DNA from: Tardiphaga sp.
Lineage (GTDB): Bacteria > Pseudomonadota > Alphaproteobacteria > Rhizobiales > Xanthobacteraceae
NCBI RefSeq assembly: GCF_044340795.1
Contig: NZ_JBIISY010000003.1
Coordinates: 1,471 to 65,470, forward strand
DNA: 64,000 bases
Direction: 5' to 3'
Shown here: positions 1-10,820 of the stretch, in pieces
Numbering within the stretch: the stretch's first letter is position 1
Layout: each line of letters begins with the position of its first letter
Translations under genes and position numbers: made by a program
The notes under the pieces: generated by a model
What the model was told of the DNA's origin: nothing
Seen by the model: only the letters and a program-made list of their open reading frames with translations
Databases searched by the model: none

Positions 1-869
1 ATCCCATCTATCCCGCGGGGGTCCGGATCGGGATCACCCCATCGGTGGGGCTGGAGCCGTCCAAGACCTTCACCGGCTTCCAGACCTCGGACCAGGGCGT
101 GAAAATGCTGATGACCGAATTGCCGGCATCCGCCTTCACCGAGGTCGACACCGCCTTCAAGACCAATCCGGCCAGCATGGCGCTGAAACCGGAGACCATC
201 GAGACCGGAGCCGGCCAGGCCTTCTACACTGTCGAGCCGACCAAGGACGCTGCGGGCGTTCCGGTGCGGCGCTATTCGATGATCGTCAATGGCGGCACCT
301 TCTCAGGCTACGTCGCCGTCCAAGTCCCGGAAAACGCGCAGAAAATTTATACCGACGATGCCGTCCGCCAGATGTTCGCCAGCGTCACCGTCCGCAAGGA
401 AGTGCCGCTGGACGAGCAGCTCGGCATGATGCCGTTCAAGATCGCCGAACTCAGCGCATTCAAGACCGTCCGCATGCTGGCGCCGGGCGCGGCGATCCTG
501 CTGGCGGACTCCGCCGACGAGGCTGGCATCGAGCAGAGCCCGTTCATGATTCTCGGCAGCGTCGGCTCGGCGCCGGAGCGCGCCGACGACCGCGGTCGCT
601 TCGCCCAGCAGGCCGCTGCCCAGATCCCCGGCCTGCGCGAGGCCCGCATCACCCTGTCCGAACCGCAGCGCATCGACGGCATGCCCGGCTATGAGACCCG
701 CATCGACGCCATCAGCGGCAAGGGCAACACGCCGGTCACGGTGGTGCAGTGGCTGCGTTTCGGCACCGGCAAGACCGCCATGCGCATCATCGCCAGCGCG
801 CCCCGCGATGACTGGTCGAAAGCCTTCCCGCGCTTCCGCGCCGTCCGCGACGGTATCGAGCCGAAGTGA
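1..869 (+). CDS. Hypothetical protein, probably 5'-truncated by the window edge
   Basis: 274-aa ORF (45..869) with host-like codon usage; frame appears open from the window start; no family recognised. Confidence 0.6.
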   Translation, partial: PIYPAGVRIGITPSVGLEPSKTFTGFQTSDQGVKMLMTELPASAFTEVDTAFKTNPASMALKPETIETGAGQAFYTVEPTKDAAGVPVRRYSMIVNGGTFSGYVAVQVPENAQKIYTDDAVRQMFASVTVRKEVPLDEQLGMMPFKIAELSAFKTVRMLAPGAAILLADSADEAGIEQSPFMILGSVGSAPERADDRGRFAQQAAAQIPGLREARITLSEPQRIDGMPGYETRIDAISGKGNTPVTVVQWLRFGTGKTAMRIIASAPRDDWSKAFPRFRAVRDGIEPK

Positions 870-983
870 TCGTTTTACCTCTCCCTGCAAGAGCGGGGCG
901 AGGGAGCGAGAGGGCGAATCACACCTCTTTACGTCCATCTCCCGGCCTGATTTGCTGATGCCATTCCGGCGGGAGATGTTGCG

Positions 984-1700
984 ATGGTCGACCGACGTCA
1001 GCTTCTTGTGGGATTTGGTGCGATGGCAGCGACCGGCATGATGCCGAAAGCACTCGAGGCCGCCGGCAAAGTGACGGTCGACCGCAATTCGGTGCTGCTC
1101 GTGGTGGACGTGCAGAACTGCTTCCTGCCCGGCGGCAGCCTCGCGGTGAAAGATGGCGACAAGGTCATCCCTGTCATCAACAGTCTCGCGAAACAATTCG
1201 CCCATGTGGTTCTGACCCAGGACTGGCACACGCCTGGCCATATCTCGTTCGCCTCCAGCCACAGCGGCAAGAAGCCGTTTGAGACCACCGACCTTGCCTA
1301 TGGCAAGCAGGTGCTGTGGCCCGATCACTGCGTGCAGGGCACCGAAGGTGCGGCGCTGTCCAAGGACCTCGCCATCCCGCATGCCCAGCTCGTTCTGCGC
1401 AAAGGCTACGACAGGGCCGTCGACAGCTATTCGGCCTTCACCGAAGCCGATGGCAAGACGACCACCGGCCTTGCCGGCTATCTGAAATCACGGAAACTGC
1501 AGCGTGTTTTCCTGGTCGGACTGGCCACGGATTTCTGCGTGGCATGGTCGGCACTGGATGCGCGCAAGGCGGGCCTCGAAACCTATGTGATCGAGGATGC
1601 CTGTCGTGGCATCGACACCCAGGGTTCGCTGGCGAAGGCCTGGGCCGACATGGCCAAGGCCGGCGTGAAGCGCATCACGTCGGGCGACCTAGCCGCCTGA
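984..1700 (+). CDS. pncA: Nicotinamidase/pyrazinamidase (isochorismatase family) with Tat-like N-terminus
   Basis: VVDVQNxF, QDWH, LWPDHC, RKG and ATDFCV motifs; N-terminal DRRQLL. Confidence 0.9.
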   Translation: MVDRRQLLVGFGAMAATGMMPKALEAAGKVTVDRNSVLLVVDVQNCFLPGGSLAVKDGDKVIPVINSLAKQFAHVVLTQDWHTPGHISFASSHSGKKPFETTDLAYGKQVLWPDHCVQGTEGAALSKDLAIPHAQLVLRKGYDRAVDSYSAFTEADGKTTTGLAGYLKSRKLQRVFLVGLATDFCVAWSALDARKAGLETYVIEDACRGIDTQGSLAKAWADMAKAGVKRITSGDLAA

Positions 1701-3209
1701 TGCCCGCCGCGTAAAGATCCCGACTTTGTCCACCGTATCGACCAGCTCGAAATCGCTTAGCAGGCCGGCGACATCGGGATGCGCCTTCAACCAATCGCCG
1801 CCGCTACCGGTGGGATCATCGACGATCAGGATCGTCGGCGGCAGGCGGAGGATGTCCTCGATCAATCGCTTCCGTTCGCGCTCCGCATGCGCTTCGGCTG
1901 CCGCGGCGCGGACATTGTCCAACATGCCCGTGCGGAGCATGAAAGTGTAATAAGTATCGATCCATAGACCCTGCTGGCGCGACGCCCAGCTGCCGCCAAC
2001 CATGCGGGTGAGCGGATGACCGATGGCCGGCTCGGCCGTGATCGCAAGAATGGCCGGATGTTTCTGGCCGAGTTGCGCAACGCGCTCCTGCAGTGGTCGC
2101 GCATCGAAGGCCAGATAGAACCACAGCATCGACCGTATGAAGAGCGCGAGCAGCAAGACGCCCGCGCCAAGCAGCCAGCCGCGGGAGGCGCCGTTGTCCC
2201 GTGTCAGCGTGAAGCCGAGGGCAAACAGGGCCAGCGCGATGGCCGGGTATGACTGATAGGGCCAGCCCTTGCCTTGAAGCACGAACGCTGCGGCGAAGCT
2301 TGCCGATGTTGCCATCAGCAGGATCAGAGCAGGCGACAGGCGCTGTTTTCGATGCAGGGCAAAGATCGCGAGCAGAGCGACGGCCCAAAGCGCTGTGGCC
2401 GGGGCTTCAAGCAGCGCCGTCATCGGCAGCTTGACCGGGACATAGATGTCTCGCAGCAGCGGCAGGACTTCCGTGAAGAATTGCGGCCACATGATTGCGG
2501 TAACCGCGACATAGACAATGCCGCCAGCTGCAGCGACAAGGTGCTCTAGCAACCACAGCACCCGCCATGACGAGCGCGTCACGCTGGCCAGCACGAAGAG
2601 CGGCACATAGACGGTCAGCGCGAAATGCGGCTTGAAGGCCAATGTCACGGCCGCGCCAAGGCCCGCGACGATTGCGAACCATCGCGGCGGCTGGCCGCCC
2701 GCAATGCGATCGATCAAGGCCGCCAGGAAAGGCAGCAAGGCGATCAGGGCGATGTGCTCGCGCTGGCCAAAAACCTGGGTTGGCAGGATGGCAAGCACGG
2801 CGAAGGCGAGCAGCGTCAGCGGCCAGCCTCGCGCCTCGGTGAAATCAGCATTTCGCCGCAGCAGAAACGCGCAACAGGCCAGCGATGCGAAAATTCCGAG
2901 AAAGACCAGCGCATCGACAACGACTTCCGCCATCATCCCGGTCAACCGCGAGAGCGTGATGGCCGGCAGATAAGCGAGCACCGACATCGGCGGGTTGGTT
3001 TCGAGGACATCGACGTAAAGCCGCGCACCGTCGAGCACCCGTTCGCCCGCAGTGAGCAGCCAGCTCACGTCGGTGTTCGTACCGAACACATGTCGCAGCC
3101 CGATCGCGATTCCGAAAAGGCCCGCCAATGCGAGCCAACCGGCGAAAGATCGATAGTCATCAGATATCGCCGGCGCCGCAGGCCTGCCGACTTCGAGATT
3201 GATGGTCAT
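1689..3209 (-). CDS. Polytopic membrane protein, possibly GT-C glycosyltransferase-like
   Basis: 506 aa, many hydrophobic helices; LYVDVLETNPP and FGQREH loops; next to uppP. Function inferred only. Confidence 0.6.
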   Translation of the reverse strand: MTINLEVGRPAAPAISDDYRSFAGWLALAGLFGIAIGLRHVFGTNTDVSWLLTAGERVLDGARLYVDVLETNPPMSVLAYLPAITLSRLTGMMAEVVVDALVFLGIFASLACCAFLLRRNADFTEARGWPLTLLAFAVLAILPTQVFGQREHIALIALLPFLAALIDRIAGGQPPRWFAIVAGLGAAVTLAFKPHFALTVYVPLFVLASVTRSSWRVLWLLEHLVAAAGGIVYVAVTAIMWPQFFTEVLPLLRDIYVPVKLPMTALLEAPATALWAVALLAIFALHRKQRLSPALILLMATSASFAAAFVLQGKGWPYQSYPAIALALFALGFTLTRDNGASRGWLLGAGVLLLALFIRSMLWFYLAFDARPLQERVAQLGQKHPAILAITAEPAIGHPLTRMVGGSWASRQQGLWIDTYYTFMLRTGMLDNVRAAAAEAHAERERKRLIEDILRLPPTILIVDDPTGSGGDWLKAHPDVAGLLSDFELVDTVDKVGIFTRRASGG

Positions 3210-3277
3210 TGCGATCGTCCGCTGATCGCGGCGACCCTAGACGGCAGGCTTTAACAAGTTGTTTACCGACCCGGTCG

Positions 3278-4087
3278 TTACGCGCCGAGCGCGAGCGCGA
3301 TCAGGCCGAACGTGCCAACGATCACACGCCACCAGGCAAACAGCGCGAAGCCGTGGCGGGTGACGTAATTCAGCAGCGTCTTCACGACGAACAGCGCCGT
3401 GATGAACGACACGGCGAAGCCGATGGCGATGATCACCGCCCCATCCGACGTAATGTCGTTGCGGCTCTTGAACAGATCATAGGCAAAGGCGCCGACCATG
3501 GTGGGGATCGCCAGGAAGAACGAGAACTCCGCCGCAGCGCGCTTGTCGGCACCCATCAGCATGGCGCCGACAATGGTGGCGCCCGAGCGTGACACGCCGG
3601 GAATCATCGCCACGCACTGGCAGCACCCGATCTTCAGATAGGTCATCAGCGGAAATTCGGTGGCATCGTGATGCACCGGCCGCAGATCGAGCTGATCAAC
3701 CCAGAGCAGAATCGCGCCGCCCACGATCAATGTGAAACAGACGACCCACGGATTGAACAGGTAACCTTTGATGAAGCCGCCAAAGGCCGCCCCGAGCACG
3801 GCAGCGGGCAGGAAGGCGACGAGCACGCCGATCACGAAACGGCGAGCAGCAGCATCGCCCTTGAACATGTCGAGCGCGATTCGCCACAGCTTGCCGAAAT
3901 AGATCGAGAGAATGGCGAGAATGGCGCCGAGCTGGATCAGGATCGCGAAGCTCTTCCAGAGGCCGACCTCGTCGACTCCCAGGATACGCTGGACGAGAAG
4001 AACATGGCCCGTGGAGGAAACCGGGAGGAATTCGGTGGCGCCCTCGACGATACCGAGAATTACCGCCCTCAACGTATCAGACATCAT
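3278..4087 (-). CDS. uppP: Undecaprenyl-diphosphate phosphatase
   Basis: [17 protein letters not shown] and [10 protein letters not shown] BacA motifs. Confidence 0.95.
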   Translation of the reverse strand: MMSDTLRAVILGIVEGATEFLPVSSTGHVLLVQRILGVDEVGLWKSFAILIQLGAILAILSIYFGKLWRIALDMFKGDAAARRFVIGVLVAFLPAAVLGAAFGGFIKGYLFNPWVVCFTLIVGGAILLWVDQLDLRPVHHDATEFPLMTYLKIGCCQCVAMIPGVSRSGATIVGAMLMGADKRAAAEFSFFLAIPTMVGAFAYDLFKSRNDITSDGAVIIAIGFAVSFITALFVVKTLLNYVTRHGFALFAWWRVIVGTFGLIALALGA

Positions 4088-4283
4088 TGACTTGTCGTCC
4101 CCACTGGCGGCCTCAAAAAGCCGGGTTCTTCTCGCCTATTCGTTGCACTGCTGCAATCGCAAAAAGCCTGCAATCGCGCCTTGCCTCTCATGCGCGCTTC
4201 GCTAGTTTGACGCGCTTCGCGCGCCAGTTATACCGCCGCCGCCGAGACGCTTTGTTAACGTCGATTTACTAACCAAGGCCCGC

Positions 4284-4976
4284 ATGTACACGCTCTATCA
4301 TCACGCCTTCTGTCCGCATTCGCGCTTCGTGCGTCTTGTTCTCGGCGAATATGGCCTTGACTTGACGCTGGTCGACGAGCGTCCGTGGGATCGGCGTGAG
4401 GATTTCCTGAAGCTCAATCCGGCCGGAACCACTCCGGTGCTTGTTGCCGAGGACACGCCGCCGATCCCCGGCGCCAGCATCATCGCCGAATATCTCGACG
4501 AGATGCATGGACACGAGGCGAAGGATCGACGCCTGTTGCCGACCTCCATGGCCGAGCGCATCGAAGTGCGCCGCCTGATGGCCTGGTTCAACGAGAAATT
4601 TTTTGAAGAGGCCTCTGGCCCTTTGGTCACCGAACGCATCTATAAGCGTTTCATGAGCGAGGATATCGGCGGCGGCGCGCCATCGATGGATGTGATTCGC
4701 GCAGCCAATGCCAATGTGCGCTATCATCTGGCCTATATCGGCTGGCTGGCGCGGACGCGAAATTTTCTGGCCGGTGATCGGCTGAGCTATGCGGATCTGG
4801 TCGCGGCGGCACATCTGTCGGCGATCGATTACCTGGGCGATGTGCCATGGAGCGAGGACGACGCAGCGAAGGCGTGGTACGCACGGATCAAGTCGCGTCC
4901 GTCGTTCCGACCGCTGCTGAGCGAGTGGCTGGCGGGCGTGCCGGCCTCGCGGACCTATGTGGATCTCGATTTCTAA
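4284..4976 (+). CDS. fzlA: GST-family protein, FtsZ-binding FzlA-like
   Basis: [29 protein letters not shown]; upstream of queG as in other alphaproteobacteria. Confidence 0.8.
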   Translation: MYTLYHHAFCPHSRFVRLVLGEYGLDLTLVDERPWDRREDFLKLNPAGTTPVLVAEDTPPIPGASIIAEYLDEMHGHEAKDRRLLPTSMAERIEVRRLMAWFNEKFFEEASGPLVTERIYKRFMSEDIGGGAPSMDVIRAANANVRYHLAYIGWLARTRNFLAGDRLSYADLVAAAHLSAIDYLGDVPWSEDDAAKAWYARIKSRPSFRPLLSEWLAGVPASRTYVDLDF

Positions 4977-6112
4977 GCCCTGACGGCGCAACGCCTCTCC
5001 CTGCCGATCTGAAGGACAGGCTTGCGCGCGAAGCGCGGGTGCTCGGCTTCGATTCCATTGGCATCACAGATCCCGCCGCCATCGACGGCGTGCAAGAAAA
5101 GCTCGAGGCTTTCCTGCAAGCCGGCGCCCATGGCGAGATGGAATGGCTTGCCGACAATCCCAGCCGCCGCGCCGATCCGAAAGTGATGTGGCAGGACGTC
5201 CGCTCCGTGATCATGCTCGGCATGAATTACGGACCGGACGAGAATCCGATAGCGATCCTGGCCGAACGATCGCGTGCCGCGATCTCGGTCTATGCCCGCG
5301 GCGACGATTATCATGACCTGATCAAGAAGCGTCTGAAGCAGCTCGCCCGCTGGCTGATTGCCGAGGCCGGCGGCGAGGTGAAAGTCTTCGTCGATACGGC
5401 CGCCGTGATGGAAAAGCCGCTGGCGTCGGCGGCCGGTCTCGGCTGGCAGGGCAAGCACACCAATATGGTGTCACGCGAATTCGGCTCATGGCTGTTTCTC
5501 GGCGCGATCTTCACGACGCTGGAGCTGCCGCGCGACGAGCCGATCACCGATCGCTGCGGCTCGTGTCGCGCGTGCCTCGACAGCTGCCCCACATCGGCTT
5601 TCATCGCGCCCTATCGCCTCGATGCTCGGCGCTGCATTTCCTATCTCACCATTGAGCACAAGGGCCCGATCCCGCACGAATTCCGCAAGGCCATGGGCAA
5701 CCGCATCTATGGCTGCGACGATTGCCTGGCGGCCTGCCCGTGGAACAAGTTCGCGCAGGAAGGCCGAGAGACGAAGCTTGCGGCACGCGACGAACTGCGC
5801 GCGCCGACGCTCGCCGAATTATCGAAGCTCGATGACGCTGCGTTTCGCACGCTGTTCACGAAGTCGCCGGTCAAGCGCATCGGTCGCAACCGATTCTTGC
5901 GAAACGTGCTGATCGCGATCGGGAATTCAGGCGATGCGACGCTGATCGATGATGCGAAGCGGTTGTTGAGCGATGAGAGCGCATTGGTGCGTGGGGCCGC
6001 GGTTTGGGCACTGGGACAGTTGATGTCGGGCGATGCGTTTGCGCAGCTCGCGATCACCAACGATGAAGATGAAACTGTGCGCGCCGAATGGCGAGACGCA
6101 CGCACATCGTAG
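4847..6112 (+). CDS. queG: Epoxyqueuosine reductase (start uncertain, probably near 4980-5010)
   Basis: [54 protein letters not shown]. Confidence 0.93.
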   Translation: MERGRRSEGVVRTDQVASVVPTAAERVAGGRAGLADLCGSRFLSPDGATPLPADLKDRLAREARVLGFDSIGITDPAAIDGVQEKLEAFLQAGAHGEMEWLADNPSRRADPKVMWQDVRSVIMLGMNYGPDENPIAILAERSRAAISVYARGDDYHDLIKKRLKQLARWLIAEAGGEVKVFVDTAAVMEKPLASAAGLGWQGKHTNMVSREFGSWLFLGAIFTTLELPRDEPITDRCGSCRACLDSCPTSAFIAPYRLDARRCISYLTIEHKGPIPHEFRKAMGNRIYGCDDCLAACPWNKFAQEGRETKLAARDELRAPTLAELSKLDDAAFRTLFTKSPVKRIGRNRFLRNVLIAIGNSGDATLIDDAKRLLSDESALVRGAAVWALGQLMSGDAFAQLAITNDEDETVRAEWRDARTS

Positions 6113-6229
6113 GGTGGGCAAAGCGACTTGTCCGCCATAGCGCGAAGCGCGACGGCGGAAGCGTGCCCACCTTCACCAGCCGAGCACTTGAAGGTGGGCA
6201 CGGCACAATGGCGCCTTTGCCCACCCTAC
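6109..6229. repeat. GTAG-family REP doublet (REPIN-like) with nested hairpin insert
   Basis: GTAGGGTGGGCAAAGCG...GTGCCCACC ... GGTGGGCACG...TTTGCCCACCCTAC, terminal inverted repeats. Confidence 0.85.
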
Positions 6230-6690
6230 AGATGCCGCTTCATCTCTTCCCGCACCTTCAACGCTGCGCCCTGCTTTCCGACGATCTTCGCGATCCGCTC
6301 CGGTGCGAAATTCAGATCGACGAAGGCCGGCGCCGTGTTTGCGACTTCCTGATAGCTCGCGATCAATCCGTCGCGCAGCGTCATGATCGCAACGCCCTCG
6401 AACATCGCGCGCTTGCCGCCCGCTTCCGGCAGTTTTGAGCGATAGCTGAACGTGTAGCGCGCATAGAGCGTGCGCCCATTGCTGACGGGATCATGCATGT
6501 CCCAGCGAAATTCCTCGGCGGTCTCGTAGAAATGATGATCGATCATGTCGGCGATTTTCGCCCGCCCTGCGAAGGCGCCGTAGAACACGTCGTGATAGAC
6601 GCCGTCTTCGGTGAAGAGGTCGGCAAAGCTCTTGCCATCGCGCGTCTCGACGGATGTGCAGAACGTCCGCAGCAGGGCGGTCGTATTCAT
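6226..6690 (-). CDS. NTF2/SnoaL-like protein
   Basis: 154 aa; LFTEDGVYHD...GRAKI, FEGVAIMTLRDGLIASYQE pattern. Confidence 0.8.
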   Translation of the reverse strand: MNTTALLRTFCTSVETRDGKSFADLFTEDGVYHDVFYGAFAGRAKIADMIDHHFYETAEEFRWDMHDPVSNGRTLYARYTFSYRSKLPEAGGKRAMFEGVAIMTLRDGLIASYQEVANTAPAFVDLNFAPERIAKIVGKQGAALKVREEMKRHL

Positions 6691-6724
6691 GGCTTTGCTC
6701 CCTGATTTTATCGTTTGTGTTTTT

Positions 6725-6791
6725 GTAGCCCGGATGGAGCGCAGCGCAATCCGGGATTCAGAGCCTCGGCAATTCGCCGGCCCCGGGTTAC
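6725..6791. repeat. GTAG-family REP element
   Basis: GTAGCCCGGATGGAGCGCAGCGCAATCCGGG ... CCGGGTTAC. Confidence 0.7.
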
Positions 6792-6798
6792 GACTCCA

Positions 6799-7581
6799 TC
6801 AAAACTCCGCCACCGTCGCCAGTAGCCGCCCGATATCCTGCGGCCGCGACAGGCGGTGATCGCCGTCCTGGATCATGGTCAGGACCACATCCTCAGCTGG
6901 CAACCGTTCGGCCAACCGGAACGCATGCTGCCATGGCACGTCGGGATCCTGCCGTCCCTGCAGGATGCGGACGGGACAACCGACATCAATGGAGCCGCCG
7001 AGCAGCAGATGATTGCGCCCCTCCTCGATCAGCCGCTTGGTGATCGGATAGGGCTCGCCATAGTCCGACGGCCGCAGCCATTGCCCGGTGGTCTCGATCT
7101 CCGCGCGGATCTCCGGCGAAAACTGCTTCCACATCAGCTCTTCGGTAAAATCCGGCGCCGGCGCGATCAGTACCAGCGCACGCAGCGAGGCACGGCCCGC
7201 TTTGCCGCGCCTGGCAATCGCACGCGCCAGCAGCAGCGCCATCCAGCCGCCCATGGAGGAGCCGACCACGATCTGCGGGCCCTGACAGGCGGCGTCGAAG
7301 GCGGCGAGACCGTCCGCGAGCCAGTCGCCGATGGTGCCATCCTCGAACTTGCCGCCGGATTCGCCGTGGCCCGAATAATCGAAGCGCACGCAGGCGCGGC
7401 CGTGTTGCGCAGCCCATTCGTCCAGCGCGACGGCCTTGCCGCCCTGCATGTCGGATTTGAAGCCGCTCATCCAGAACACGCCCGGCGTCGCGCCTTCGCG
7501 GACGCGCATGGCGATCTGTCGGGAGGCCGCGCCGCTGCCGACGGTGATGAAACTGGGATCGGGCGCCGCCGCCGTGCTCAT
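6799..7581 (-). CDS. Alpha/beta hydrolase
   Basis: GFKSDMxGxKA, [16 protein letters not shown] nucleophile elbow, GDHRLSR; ATG at 7581 with GGAG RBS. Confidence 0.9.
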   Translation of the reverse strand: MSTAAAPDPSFITVGSGAASRQIAMRVREGATPGVFWMSGFKSDMQGGKAVALDEWAAQHGRACVRFDYSGHGESGGKFEDGTIGDWLADGLAAFDAACQGPQIVVGSSMGGWMALLLARAIARRGKAGRASLRALVLIAPAPDFTEELMWKQFSPEIRAEIETTGQWLRPSDYGEPYPITKRLIEEGRNHLLLGGSIDVGCPVRILQGRQDPDVPWQHAFRLAERLPAEDVVLTMIQDGDHRLSRPQDIGRLLATVAEF

Positions 7582-7856
7582 GGACGATCTCCATCCTGCT
7601 GGAACTGCGTGGTGTTTGCTGGACCGAGGCTGGAACGTCAACGCCGGTGCGGCGTTTCCGAATGGAACTGGCGCTTGCGGAACAGGCCGCGGCGCTCTAT
7701 GTGGGCTGCGTCCGGTTGGCGGACGATTGTCGGGTCCGGCGTGGCGCAAATGCCGCTGACTTGAGCGATCTGGCGCCGCGTAGCGTGAGTTTGCTTGCTC
7801 GAAACGCCTTATTCCGACAAAATGCCGCCTTCCATCACAACCTTGGAGAATATCCC

Positions 7857-8396
<540 letters not shown>

Positions 8397-8421
8397 CGCG
8401 ATCAGACCTATCAAGAGTTTC

Positions 8422-8450
8422 GGCCCGTCAATTTGGCGGGCCTTTTCTTT
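8422..8450 (+). terminator. Intrinsic terminator after infC
   Basis: GGCCCG-TCAATTTGG-CGGGCC then TTTTCTTT. Confidence 0.7.
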
Positions 8451-8480
8451 TGGCAATCAGCGGAAGGTTGGCCGGGCGGC

Positions 8481-8627
8481 TCAGCCCAGAACGAAGGACA
8501 GCGCCCCGGCCAGTGCTGTCACGGCGGCGAGGCCAGCGGCCACGAACAGCCACCCTGCGGCAGCTTGCGCGGCGGATTCTTGCTGGATAGCAACCGCGCG
8601 GGCGGCGGTGCGTCGATTGCGGACCAT
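8481..8627 (-). CDS. Small membrane protein, 48 aa (not in the ORF track)
   Basis: MVRNRRTAARAVAIQQESAAQAAAGWLFVAAGLAAVTALAGALSFVLG; GAAGGA RBS; one C-terminal TM helix. Confidence 0.55.
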   Translation of the reverse strand: MVRNRRTAARAVAIQQESAAQAAAGWLFVAAGLAAVTALAGALSFVLG

Positions 8628-8925
8628 TATTGGTGTCCTTTCAATGAGCGAGTGCTTGGCAGCAGATAGGCATGCATAGCCGAGTCGGCCAGACCAGAAC
8701 CATCTTTTCGGCTAAAAGTTGCGACGGGTTAAACGTTGCCAAGCTGTCGCATCTCTGCCATAAGCCCGGCTTCGTCGACCGGCTGATCAAGGGCTGCCGT
8801 GGCGACGACCGTGCAGGCTTCATTTCATTTCGGAAATTAGCTGAGCACAATCAACGCTCTAACGAGCATTTTCGGCCGATGCAGCGCCCTCCGGGGCGTT
8901 TTCTGCGTGGCTAGAGGAGAGCAAA

Positions 8926-9126
8926 ATGCCCAAGTTGAAGACCAAGTCGGGCGCTAAAAAGCGCTTCAAAGTCACCGGCACCGGCAAAGTTGTGTCGGCC
9001 CATGCCGGTAAGCGCCACGGTATGATCAAGCGGACGAAGAAGCAGATTCGTCAGCTCCGCGGTACCCGCGTGCTGTTCAAGACCGACGGCGACAATATCA
9101 AGCAGTACTTCCTGCCAAACGCCTGA
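8926..9126 (+). CDS. rpmI: 50S ribosomal protein L35
   Basis: [15 protein letters not shown]. Confidence 0.98.
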   Translation: MPKLKTKSGAKKRFKVTGTGKVVSAHAGKRHGMIKRTKKQIRQLRGTRVLFKTDGDNIKQYFLPNA

Positions 9127-9195
9127 TCCCCTGCCACTGCGCGAACAGCGCGGTGCATTCACCCCTTTTGTTATTTCAGATGAAGGAGATCAGTC

Positions 9196-9555
9196 ATGGC
9201 TCGCGTTAAACGCGGTGTGACGGCTCATGCCAAGCACAAGAAAGTCTACAAGGCCGCCAAGGGTTTCCGCGGTCGTCGCAAGAACACCATCCGCGCCGCA
9301 AAGGCTGCCGTCGACAAGGCCGGCCAATATGCGTTCCGCGATCGCAAGCGCAAGAAGCGTACGTTCCGCGCCCTCTGGATCCAGCGCCTCAACGCTGCCG
9401 TCCGTCCGCTCGGCATGACCTACAGCGTGTTTATCAACGGTCTTGCCAAGTCCGGCATCACTGTCGACCGCAAGGTTCTGTCTGATCTCGCGATCAACGA
9501 GCCGGCGGCGTTCAACGCGATCGCTGAGAAGGCCAAGGCTGCTCTCGCAGCCTAA
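9196..9555 (+). CDS. rplT: 50S ribosomal protein L20
   Basis: MARVKRG...[11 protein letters not shown]. Confidence 0.98.
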   Translation: MARVKRGVTAHAKHKKVYKAAKGFRGRRKNTIRAAKAAVDKAGQYAFRDRKRKKRTFRALWIQRLNAAVRPLGMTYSVFINGLAKSGITVDRKVLSDLAINEPAAFNAIAEKAKAALAA

Positions 9556-9737
9556 ACCTCTCCGCTCCCGCGGATCTATCGACATTGTCATGGCCGGGCA
9601 GAAGCGCTCTTAGGAGCGCTCCTGTTCCGGCCATTGGCGTCTTAAATCCCTGCAAACCGTGCTGTAGAACGGCGCACCCGAACTGTTTCGGGGACGACGA
9701 CAGCAAGAGGCGCCCGCCTCTTCAATCGAGGTTGCCG

Positions 9738-10820
9738 ATGTCCGACCTGACGACGCTCCAACAACAGATTCTTGCTGATATCGCCGGTGCCAGCGATGAA
9801 GCCGCACTGGAAGCCGTGCGCGTCGCAGCACTCGGCAAGAAGGGCTCGATCTCCGCACTGCTCGCGACCCTCGGCAAGATGACGCCGGAGGAGCGCAAGA
9901 CCGAAGGCGCCGCGATCAATCTCGCCAAGGATGCCGTCTCGCAGGCGCTGACCGCGCGCCGCGACGTGCTGAAGAGCGCCGCGCTCGATGCGCGCCTCGC
10001 CTCCGAGACCATCGACGTCACCCTGCCGCTGCGTGAAAACCCTGCCGAGCTTGGCCGCGTGCATCCGCTGAGCCAGACCTGGGACGAGCTGACAACCATC
10101 TTCGCCGATATGGGCTTTGCCGTCGCCGAAGGCCCGGACATCGAGACCGACGACTACAATTTCACAAAGCTGAACTTCCCCGAGGGTCATCCGGCCCGCG
10201 AGATGCACGACACCTTCTACTTCAATCCGAAGGAAGACGGCTCGCGCCTGCTGCTGCGTACGCATACGTCGCCGGTGCAGGTGCGCACCATGCTGAGCCA
10301 GAAGCCGCCGATCCGCGTGATCTGTCCGGGCCGCACCTATCGCAGCGACTCGGACCAGACACACACGCCGATGTTCCATCAGGTCGAAGGCCTCGTCATC
10401 GACAAGACCTCGCATCTCGGCCACCTCAAATGGATCCTGCAGGAATTCTGCAAGGCGTTCTTCGAGGTCGATCACGTCAATATGCGTTTCCGCCCGTCCT
10501 TCTTCCCGTTCACCGAGCCGTCGCTGGAAGTCGATATCCAGTGCCGCCGCGACAAGAACGAGATCCGCTTCGGCGAAGGCGAGGATTGGCTGGAAATTCT
10601 CGGCTGCGGCATGGTGCATCCGAATGTGCTGCGCGCCTGCGACATCGATCCCGATGTGTATCAGGGCTTTGCCTGGGGCATGGGCATCGATCGCATCGCG
10701 ATGCTGAAATACGGCATGGCCGACCTGCGCCAGCTGTTCGAAGGCGATGTGCGCTGGCTGAATCACTACGGCTTCAAGCCGCTTGAAATGCCGACTCTGG
10801 CCGGAGGACTGAGCACGTGA
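9738..10820 (+). CDS. pheS: Phenylalanine-tRNA ligase alpha subunit
   Basis: [39 protein letters not shown]; likely ATG at 9738. Confidence 0.97.
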   Translation: MSDLTTLQQQILADIAGASDEAALEAVRVAALGKKGSISALLATLGKMTPEERKTEGAAINLAKDAVSQALTARRDVLKSAALDARLASETIDVTLPLRENPAELGRVHPLSQTWDELTTIFADMGFAVAEGPDIETDDYNFTKLNFPEGHPAREMHDTFYFNPKEDGSRLLLRTHTSPVQVRTMLSQKPPIRVICPGRTYRSDSDQTHTPMFHQVEGLVIDKTSHLGHLKWILQEFCKAFFEVDHVNMRFRPSFFPFTEPSLEVDIQCRRDKNEIRFGEGEDWLEILGCGMVHPNVLRACDIDPDVYQGFAWGMGIDRIAMLKYGMADLRQLFEGDVRWLNHYGFKPLEMPTLAGGLST

